A DNA stretch of 64,000 nucleotides from Gammaproteobacteria bacterium. Lineage in GTDB: Bacteria > Pseudomonadota > Gammaproteobacteria > Eutrophobiales > Eutrophobiaceae. A program made the translations under genes and the position numbers. Positions 40,755-49,077 of this stretch are shown piece by piece. The first letter of the stretch is position 1. Every line of letters starts with the position of its first letter. The stretch covers positions 928,001 to 992,000 of the forward strand of contig OZ250183.1 of assembly GCA_965238225.1 (NCBI GenBank), written 5' to 3'. The notes below the pieces were generated by a model that saw only the letters and a program-made list of their open reading frames with translations, ran no database searches and was not told where the DNA came from.

Positions 40755-42101
40755 GTGAACGTTAAGTTAAGTGTTAAAGAGAAAGTTGGTTTTAGCTTAG
40801 GCGATATGGCTGGCAATTTTGTTTATCAATCTGTTGTCCTTTTATTAGCGTACTATTATACCGAATTCTATGGTCTTGATGCTGCCGTTGTTGCGAGTAT
40901 ATTTTTGTTTGTTCGGATATTTGATGCAGTGACAGACCCTGTAATGGGGATCATAGTTGACAGAACCAATTCTCGGTGGGGTAAGTATCGACCCTATTTA
41001 TTATTCTTGTGTGTCCCATATGCCGTGATGTCCATTTTGGTCTTCACGGTTCCTGATTTCGAGGTTCAAGGCAAGATTATATATGCTTATGTCACCTATA
41101 GCATGTTAATGGTTCTGTTCACTGCTACAAACATTCCCTATTTTGCGCTAGGAAGTGTGATGACCGCAGATCCTGCGGAACGTATCTCTCTAAACTCATA
41201 TCGTTTTGTGGCAGCGACTGGCGGAGGTCTTGTTGTCACGGCATTACTGATTCCAATGGCAGATTATCTGGGGCAGGGGAATAAGGCGATGGGTTATCAG
41301 TTGGCAATGATGGTTATGGCAGTTATCTCTGTCGTGTTGTTCTTGATTTGTTTTAGCTCGACAAAGGAGCGGGTGAAACCGACTAATACTGGATATAGGA
41401 ATTTTAAGAATGATATAAAACAGGTTTTTCAAAACGATCAATGGAGATTATTAGGGTTAGCGGTTTTTGTCATGGTAACTGCACAAACGATAAAAGCCAC
41501 GATCAGTATTTATTACATAACTTATTATGTTGAAGATGCATCCAAGATGGTTTCCCTATTTCTTTCTCTATGGATGATTGGCGGTATGTTTGGCAGTGCT
41601 TTGTCCAGCAAATTGACTCAGATAATATGTAAAAAACGATCTTGGGTTATGTTATGCGTGATCAGTGCAATTTTATCGTCTATGACATTTTTAATTGCAC
41701 CACAATATTTTATTGCTGTTCTGGTTATGCAATTTTTTGTGGGATTTTTCAACCAAATGATGGCACCATTAATATTTTCCACTATGGCGGAAGTGACTGA
41801 TTACGGTGAATTACAAAATAATCGTCGACTGGATGGGCTGATATCATCATTTACGCTATTTACTTTAAAAATGGGGCTAGCTGTAGGTGGTGCGATAGCT
41901 GTATATTTATTATCCGTTTATGGCTATCAGAGTGGAGGGGTTGAACAATCCTCAGAAACAATAAATGGTATGTTGATGATATTTACATTGATCCCAGCCG
42001 TTGGTTTTCTAATTACGGCCGGCATTATACAGGTTATGAAATTAGACAGTAAGACTGTGCAGGAAAACGCATCTTTATTACAGGCACTCAGGGTAGGTTG
42101 A
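40755..42101 (+). CDS. MFS glycoside-pentoside-hexuronide (GPH):cation symporter
   Basis: KEKVGFSLGD.A.N, RIFDAVTDP.MG..VDRT.SRWGKYRPY, NIPY.AL, DYGE. Confidence 0.93.
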   Translation: MNVKLSVKEKVGFSLGDMAGNFVYQSVVLLLAYYYTEFYGLDAAVVASIFLFVRIFDAVTDPVMGIIVDRTNSRWGKYRPYLLFLCVPYAVMSILVFTVPDFEVQGKIIYAYVTYSMLMVLFTATNIPYFALGSVMTADPAERISLNSYRFVAATGGGLVVTALLIPMADYLGQGNKAMGYQLAMMVMAVISVVLFLICFSSTKERVKPTNTGYRNFKNDIKQVFQNDQWRLLGLAVFVMVTAQTIKATISIYYITYYVEDASKMVSLFLSLWMIGGMFGSALSSKLTQIICKKRSWVMLCVISAILSSMTFLIAPQYFIAVLVMQFFVGFFNQMMAPLIFSTMAEVTDYGELQNNRRLDGLISSFTLFTLKMGLAVGGAIAVYLLSVYGYQSGGVEQSSETINGMLMIFTLIPAVGFLITAGIIQVMKLDSKTVQENASLLQALRVG

Positions 42102-42114
42102 CTATCTAGAATCC

Positions 42115-43263
42115 ATGAGACTCAGTGATTGTCATAATATCAACGATATGCGCAAATTCGCTAAGCAGCGGTTGCCAGCACCTGTATTTCATTACATAGA
42201 CGGTGCTGCTGATGACGAAGTGACCTATCGACGGAACACACAGGCGTTTGAAGACTGTGATTTAGTTCCCAACGTGTTAACAGGAGTAGAGAATATTGAT
42301 GTGTCAACTACTGTTATGGGACGCAAAATTGATATGCCTTTCTTTCTCTCGCCAACTGCGTTACAAAGACTTTTTCACCATGAAGGTGAACGTGCAGTAG
42401 GGCGCGCCGCTGAGAAATTTAATATTTACTTCGGCCTATCATCACTTGGGACGGTCAGCATAGAAGAAATTGGCAGCCTGATTAAAACGCCTAAATTTTT
42501 CCAACTCTATGCGCATAAAGATAAGGGTCTGACAGAAAATATGATCGAACGCTGTAAGGATGCAAAATTTGATGCTTTAGTCTTAACTGTTGATACGATT
42601 GTCAGTGGTAATCGTGAGCGAGATTTATATACCGGGTTTACAAGCCCGGTTAAGTTAACATTGGGCAGTTTATTCAGTTTTGCGACTCACCCAAATTGGA
42701 CTTTGAATTATTTTTTACGTGATAAATTTGAGTTGTCTCAAATAAAAGACTACCTTGATGAAGGAACCAGCATACCACTGTCAATTGCAGAGTATCTTAA
42801 TACGATGCTTGATCAATCAATAGACTGGAAAGCGGCTGAAGAGATCAATAAAAATTGGGGAGGCCATTTTTGTATCAAAGGTATTATGTCGGCAGAAGAC
42901 GCTAAACACGCAGTAGACATAGGGGCAACGGCAATTATGGTGTCTAACCACGGAGGCAGACAACTTGATGGCTCAAGGACTCCGTTTGAACAACTTGCCG
43001 AAGTCGTCGATGCGGTCGGAGATAAAGTTGATGTTATCTGCGACGGAGGCATCCGAAGAGGCACGCATGTACTTAAAGCACTATCAGTTGGTGCAAAAGC
43101 ATGTTCGGGCGGTAGAATGTATTTATATGCACTCTCTGCATTTGGTGAAGCTGGTGTTGATCGCCTGCTCAATCTCATGAAAAATGAGATTGAACGAGGC
43201 ATGAAATTGATGGGTTGTAAATCGGTAAATGAGTTAAGTCGTCATGCTCTACGGTTTCGATAA
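42115..43263 (+). CDS. lldD: FMN-dependent alpha-hydroxy acid dehydrogenase (L-lactate/glycolate)
   Basis: YIDGAADDE, LTVDT, KGIMS, SNHGGRQLD, DGGIRRG. Confidence 0.85.
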   Translation: MRLSDCHNINDMRKFAKQRLPAPVFHYIDGAADDEVTYRRNTQAFEDCDLVPNVLTGVENIDVSTTVMGRKIDMPFFLSPTALQRLFHHEGERAVGRAAEKFNIYFGLSSLGTVSIEEIGSLIKTPKFFQLYAHKDKGLTENMIERCKDAKFDALVLTVDTIVSGNRERDLYTGFTSPVKLTLGSLFSFATHPNWTLNYFLRDKFELSQIKDYLDEGTSIPLSIAEYLNTMLDQSIDWKAAEEINKNWGGHFCIKGIMSAEDAKHAVDIGATAIMVSNHGGRQLDGSRTPFEQLAEVVDAVGDKVDVICDGGIRRGTHVLKALSVGAKACSGGRMYLYALSAFGEAGVDRLLNLMKNEIERGMKLMGCKSVNELSRHALRFR

Positions 43264-43477
43264 GTAGTATTTAGATGTCAATTTCACGCCTAGCACTGCA
43301 AGTTTATTTTATACCCGGCTACAGGGTTGATGGGCGGTTTTGCACAATCTGATTTACGGTATTAACTTAACGCTCTTTCTCCGCGCCAACGTTCATTAGT
43401 CTCTATTTTTTCAATGCCTATGCATTTATTGATAGGTATTAAGCAGACAATATTAATCAGGGGTTTATATTTTAATT

Positions 43478-44128
43478 TTAGTTATTATGTTTTTTTCTGT
43501 GTTTTTCTGCAATCAATTCATCCATTTCTTTTTTTCGTTGATTTATGATGGAGCTAAAGGTTAGGGCACTTTGAGGGATATGTTCAAAATATTCAGTTAA
43601 CTTATTGTATTGAATCTGCAATAGCTGAGTTGTTTTCAGAGTGCGGACGTAAGCAGTTCTTGCTTCACCTGAAAAATAGCCCATTTCCCCTATAGAATCA
43701 CCAGTGCCGACTTTTGCAATGAAAATTTCTTCTCCGTTATTATCCACATGGAAAACTTCGGCAAGCCCGTAGGCAATCACAAACAAAGAAGCATCTTTTT
43801 CTCCTTGAATGATAAAAGTTTCATTGGGCAGATAACTTACTTCCGTAAAATATTTGCTTAGCGTAGCAAGCTCCATGGGTGACGATTCCGAGAAGATGGG
43901 GCATGCCGCTAATCTATCAATGCGTTGTTTTCGCAGACTGTTGTCGAGTTCCTCTTGGGTTATTATGGACTCTTTCACAAGCAGCTCTCCAATGCGCAGG
44001 CTTTTTTTGTCACCCACAAATGAAGAATTCATTTGTTTTTCGACCACATTATTTATCGCGCCCTTGGATAATAGAAGATATTCTCCAAGTTTAAACTCGC
44101 CTGTTCTGTCTAGATCATTGTCTGCCAA
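43478..44128 (-). CDS. Protein with an MshEN-like N-terminal motif and a cyclic-nucleotide-binding domain
   Basis: RIGELLVKESIITQEELDNSLRKQ, then IIQGEKDASLFVI..G..EV and GDSIGEMGYFSGEARTA. Confidence 0.75.
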   Translation of the reverse strand: MADNDLDRTGEFKLGEYLLLSKGAINNVVEKQMNSSFVGDKKSLRIGELLVKESIITQEELDNSLRKQRIDRLAACPIFSESSPMELATLSKYFTEVSYLPNETFIIQGEKDASLFVIAYGLAEVFHVDNNGEEIFIAKVGTGDSIGEMGYFSGEARTAYVRTLKTTQLLQIQYNKLTEYFEHIPQSALTFSSIINQRKKEMDELIAEKHRKKHNN

Positions 44129-44406
44129 AGCATTTGTTCTCTAAAATAATTCATTTTTTCGTAAAATCAGACCTTTGTAAGGTTAAAGTTTAGGTGAAAT
44201 TTATCAGTCAATCAATATTTTTTTGAGGTAAATATCTCTCATTTTAAACTAACTCAGTCCGAACATAACTCCGAGTATAACCATTTTCATGCAGGAGTAT
44301 AGCTATTCTTATGCAATAGTATCGCAAGGAGGCTACATATTTGTCTCATATATAACTGAATTCATGTTAATTTTGACATTAAATTTGATGTCAAGGAGAC
44401 CGCACT

Positions 44407-45036
44407 ATGTTTAACTAGGTAAAAAATTAGAAATTCTGGCTGCTGGCGAGGCTTTGCCTAGACATCAAGAAAAAATGGTCGTGATAAATAAGCATTTTGT
44501 TAATAACACACCAATACAAAAACCATTTCCAGACGGTATGAAGATAGCCATATTTGGTTTAGGCTGTTTTTGGGGTGCTGAGAGGATATTCTGGCAAGTT
44601 GATAGTGTGTATTCAACAGCGGTGGGGTATTCCGGTGGGTTTCACAATCAACCCAATATATAAAGAGCTATGTACTGGAATGACAGGCCACAACGAAGTT
44701 GTACGTGTTATTTATGACCCAAGGAAAATAAACTATGAATCTTTGCTTAAGATTTTTTGGGAATCGCATGACCCAACGCAAGGTATGCGACAGAATAATG
44801 ATATCGGGACACAATATCGTTCAGCTATCTATACTTGTGAAGATAAAGATTTGATTATAGCAGAAAAATCAGCAACAGAATATCAACAAGCATTATTTGA
44901 AGCTGGTCATGGAAAAATAACCACGGAGATTTTGCCTGCTTCTGAATTTTATTATGCTGAAGATTATCATCAGCAATATCTTGCCAAAAATCCAACAGGG
45001 TACTGTGGTTTAGGTGGTTTAGGTATTTGCTACTGA
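44407..45036 (+). pseudogene. msrA: Peptide methionine sulfoxide reductase A, frameshifted
   Basis: [40 protein letters not shown] and GYCG are split over two frames (shift near 44640). ATG 44407 after AGGAG is also out of frame (ATG TTT AAC TAG). Confidence 0.88.
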
Positions 45037-45144
45037 ATCTTTTACCACGGTTCAACTAACCCTTAGTATTAATGCTAAATTATGCCTTTAAATTAAGATG
45101 AACTTCAAACCAGAGAACTAAAATTTTTAATAACGCATATAAAA

Positions 45145-45404
45145 ATGAAACCAAAAAACATTAGAATAATATTTTTTACATGCGTAGCGTTGATGTTAAG
45201 CGATGTAATGGCTCTTGAAATCACCATTGAACAAGGCGTGGAAAATCCAATCCCTGTTGCTATCGTCCCCTTTGCCTAGTCACAAGTAACAATGCCACCT
45301 GATGATCTGTCAGAAATAATTGCAGGGGATCTTAGGCGCAGCGCACGCTTTGAGATAGTGGACTTTAAAGACTTGCCACAATACCCAACTTTATTGGGTT
45401 CATA
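45145..45404 (+). pseudogene. tolB: Truncated tolB remnant (N-terminus only)
   Basis: Signal peptide, then LEITIEQGVENPIPVAIVPFA*SQ...DLSEIIAGDLRRSARF....KDLPQYPT. TAG at 45277 where Trp is expected; the beta-propeller is missing. Confidence 0.75.
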
Positions 45405-46111
45405 AGAAACATGGCGCTTGTCTCTAAACTTTATTCTTTGAAACCTTGCTATTGTCAGGTTTTTTCGATGTCTTTGGATTCAATGATTTTTTCTGTGATA
45501 AGTTTTCTTGTCATGATGTATTGTAGACAAACGGGCATCATGCTGTCAGATGAGGTTCTTATATACTTTATTTTATTCATACATTAGTCTCGCGTTTTAT
45601 TTAATAAAAAATAATATAGATGAGCGATGGATAAAGCCTGAAAACAATAGATTTATCGTTAATCATTATAAAAACAGATGTTTGTGAAAACGTGCTGTCT
45701 TCACTATACTTGGGAACCTTTTTTGCATCCTGAACTAGCATATTGACTACTTTAAACCCCCTTATGGATTGGTTTTGTTAGTTTGTTTTGGTGTATTTGC
45801 AGATCATCAGAAAAAATAAATCAAGTAAAAATATTTAGATTTTTTATAGTTGATGGAAATATTTACATTAATTTTATTAAAAATATTTGCTTAATTTTAA
45901 TTGTGCAAACTATTAAAAAATATAATTATTTTGAATATTGTTATACAATGATATAATGACAAATGATTAGAATAGGCTTTATAATCAATAGGATATAGCC
46001 TAAATGAATGGTTTTGTGTCATAATCCCGCGACAAGGTTTTTAATGCTGAATGTAAGGCTGGCTTCTTAAATCTGCAAAAAACAGAAAATGTGATATTTG
46101 GAGTGATGCAA

Positions 46112-46567
46112 ATGAAGTATATCCTGATTATTGTCTTAGCCTTGATAATAGCTACAGTGGCATTTATTTTTATATGGTTTGATGACAGCGAGGATATTGT
46201 GGTGAGTGCGCCTGTTTTTAGGACTGAAACAGTGCAAGATGTAGCGAATGAAGATGAAATCTCTCAAGATAAATACTATGTAGAGATTAAGGTTGAATAT
46301 AAGAAACTGGAAAAGGCAAGAAAGAATCTGGGTAGAAGATTAGCGCGCATTAAGGGTGTTATGTGGAATATGGAATTACCTGCCAAAGAAACAGAGGAAA
46401 TAGTGCGCAAGATGAGGAAAGCTTATATGCTTTTGAAAACAAAAAAACTTCTTGGTGCATTTTCAGGTTTAGAAAGCATCAGTAATGAGGTGGCACGTAT
46501 AGAGTATGCGTATCAAGGTCTGGAAGGTGTGGTTGAAAGAATTAAAATTGCAAAATTAGCATCTTAA
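46112..46567 (+). CDS. Hypothetical membrane-anchored coiled-coil protein
   Basis: GGAG RBS, N-terminal TM, helical remainder. Confidence 0.65.
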   Translation: MKYILIIVLALIIATVAFIFIWFDDSEDIVVSAPVFRTETVQDVANEDEISQDKYYVEIKVEYKKLEKARKNLGRRLARIKGVMWNMELPAKETEEIVRKMRKAYMLLKTKKLLGAFSGLESISNEVARIEYAYQGLEGVVERIKIAKLAS

Positions 46568-46575
46568 ATTCAAAT

Positions 46576-47868
46576 CTATATTTTTACAGTCACGACATTC
46601 TCACCATTTTTATTTACGGACGTTGCCCTAGTTTTTTGTATTGTATTTGTGAGGATTTCGTCGGAATCAACATCAATCTGCGCACGCACAAAATTCGCAG
46701 TATAACCAAAATATCTGGTTAATTCTGTTTGTTCTATTTTCGAGCCTCTTTCCCACAGAATTTGCAGCGTTTTATTGATATGTTTTTGCAGGTAGGCTCT
46801 TTTCATTTTTGCCGTTAATTGATGAAGCTCAACGCTGCGCATTTTTTTTACATTTTTATCAACTTGATTAGGTAATCCAGCAGCTTTTGTGTCCTCGCGC
46901 TTAGAATAACTAAAGATATGTATGTGTGAGAATTCCACGGCACTGATATATTCTATACTTTCCCGCCATTCTTTTTCCGTTTCACCAGGAAATCCTACGA
47001 TTACATCGGTAGTGATATTAAAATCGGAAATCTCGCTTCGTGCGTACTCTATCAATCTTTTAAAGTCGTCCGTTTTGCAACGGCGAGACATTCTTTTTAA
47101 AACACTATCACTGCCACTTTGTAAGGGTAAATGCATATGTGGCATTAACCTTGGATTTGAAAATAATTCAAAGAATTTATCTGGTATGTCCCAAGGCTCA
47201 ATTGAAGCTAATCTGAGCCTTGGTAAGTCAGTCTCACTGAGTATTGCTCTAATTAACTCATAAAGATTACTATTGATATCATTACCATAGCCGCCGACGT
47301 GAACACCTGTGAGTACCGCTTCATGGACGCCTTGCATGGTTAAATTATTTATCTCAGAAACAATTTCTACAATTGCTCGGCTACGCTCATTGCCTCGCGC
47401 AATAGTCACTACACAATAGGTGCAACGGTGACGACAACCATCTTGTATTTTAATAAAGGCACGTTGGCGCCCACGTTCAAATAATGATGTCTTGCCAGGA
47501 ATCGTTGCGTCCGATGACATAGTCAGAAGACATAATTCTTGTGTGGTAATATCAACTAGATTTTCTTTGTCCTGATTTGAGATTACCAAATCAATCCCTT
47601 CAATTTCATTTGCAATTTCCTGATTCAGGCTACTGTAGCAGCCACTAACGACAAGCTTTGCAGTAGGATTATTTCGGTGTGTGCGTCGTATCAACTGTCT
47701 TGATTTACGCACCGCATCTTGGGTGACTGCACAGGTATTGATAATAACGACATCGGCTTGCTCTGATTTTTTTGTGATGGTATGGCCTTTAGAAATAAAA
47801 CCGCCAGCCCAGCTTTGCAGCTCGGCTTCGTTTAGTCTACAGCCCAGCGTGGTTAAATGTACTTGCAC
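46576..47868 (-). CDS. mtaB: tRNA t6A37 methylthiotransferase (MtaB-like radical SAM)
   Basis: TLGCRLN..E, INTCAVT, KIQDGCRHRCTYC, HLPLQSGS, IVGFPGET, HIFSYS.R. Confidence 0.88.
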   Translation of the reverse strand: MQVHLTTLGCRLNEAELQSWAGGFISKGHTITKKSEQADVVIINTCAVTQDAVRKSRQLIRRTHRNNPTAKLVVSGCYSSLNQEIANEIEGIDLVISNQDKENLVDITTQELCLLTMSSDATIPGKTSLFERGRQRAFIKIQDGCRHRCTYCVVTIARGNERSRAIVEIVSEINNLTMQGVHEAVLTGVHVGGYGNDINSNLYELIRAILSETDLPRLRLASIEPWDIPDKFFELFSNPRLMPHMHLPLQSGSDSVLKRMSRRCKTDDFKRLIEYARSEISDFNITTDVIVGFPGETEKEWRESIEYISAVEFSHIHIFSYSKREDTKAAGLPNQVDKNVKKMRSVELHQLTAKMKRAYLQKHINKTLQILWERGSKIEQTELTRYFGYTANFVRAQIDVDSDEILTNTIQKTRATSVNKNGENVVTVKI

Positions 47869-47871
47869 GAG

Positions 47872-48819
47872 TTATATTCCGTAAGTGTTTAAAGTAAAGA
47901 GATGTTTTTCAACGCATATCGGCAGCATGTCGAGATTATAACCACCTTCGAGCACAGAAATAATTCGTTTGTCTGAATATTGTTCGGCTTTTTCCATGAC
48001 TCGTTCTGTCATCCATGTATAAAAATCTGCGCTCAAATTCACTTGCCCAAGAGGATCGTCAATATGTGCATCAAAACCTGCAGAGATGATAATAGCTTCT
48101 GGTTTGAATGTATCTATCTTAGGCAGGATTTTATCTTTGAAGGCCAATTTGTAGTCATTATCATTTGCTCCTGCAGGCATGGGGCAATTAAGCGTTAAAC
48201 CTGCTCCTTTGCCTATACCTGTTTCGCTGTAGGCGCCTGTTCCTGGATAGAAAGGGTATTGATGCGTGCTGATATAAAGTACGGAAGGGTCTGACTCGAA
48301 GCTGTGTTGTGTGCCATTACCGTGATGCACGTCCCAATCAAGGATTAAGATTTTATCCAGTTGGTGTTGCTTCTGTAGATATTTAGCAAGGATGGCGACA
48401 TTATTAAAAAGACAAAAACCAAGCGCCCTGTCTTGTTCGGCATGGTGCCCAGGAGGTCTGATCAGCGCCAAACCGTTATTTATCTCTTTGCTGATAACTT
48501 TATTAGCTATTTCAAGCACGGCGCCTGCTGCCATAAGTGCAATCTCGTACGACCGCGCAGATACACTGACATCCATTGAATCAAGAAAATTATTACCAGC
48601 AAGACATGTTGCTTTTGCACGTTTTATATAATCAAAATTGTGAATTGATTCAATCCATTTTAGTTCAGCCGTTTTAGGCGCTAAATGTGTGAGTGAATTA
48701 AACCAGGGTTGTTGTTTTAGGTGCCGTACAGAAATATCCAAACGCTCGCTACACTCCGGATGCCCAAGGCTGGTTTTATGTTGAAGAAACACAGGATCGT
48801 AAAGTAAACCAGTGGTCAT
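47872..48819 (-). CDS. Histone deacetylase-family protein
   Basis: HPE..ERL, RPPGHHA, GFCLFNN, DWDVHHGNGTQ, SAGFDAH..DPL, LEGGY. Confidence 0.93.
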   Translation of the reverse strand: MTTGLLYDPVFLQHKTSLGHPECSERLDISVRHLKQQPWFNSLTHLAPKTAELKWIESIHNFDYIKRAKATCLAGNNFLDSMDVSVSARSYEIALMAAGAVLEIANKVISKEINNGLALIRPPGHHAEQDRALGFCLFNNVAILAKYLQKQHQLDKILILDWDVHHGNGTQHSFESDPSVLYISTHQYPFYPGTGAYSETGIGKGAGLTLNCPMPAGANDNDYKLAFKDKILPKIDTFKPEAIIISAGFDAHIDDPLGQVNLSADFYTWMTERVMEKAEQYSDKRIISVLEGGYNLDMLPICVEKHLFTLNTYGI

Positions 48820-49077
48820 AAAATTTATACCAACCTTTTTTTTGAAAATTTAGCTCTTGGAGTCCAGACAGAAAATCAGAGTAAGACGTAACTCTCAGCG
48901 AATAACTGTTTCTCATTTTTCTGAGATTTACATTTGGCAAGTAGTTGGGATATGCATCCAATCACAAATTAGCTAAGTCTCTTGATTATGCTTTCTGTGT
49001 ATCCTACGGTTTTGTTGCATCACCACGCTATTAGTGTTGCAGGTATTTTATAAGTTTTTGTCATCTCTCAAAGTAAT

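Noticed and set aside
45405-46090. Long AT-rich gap possibly hiding an sRNA or another pseudogene
   Set aside because: No interpretable frame or structure could be supported by eye.
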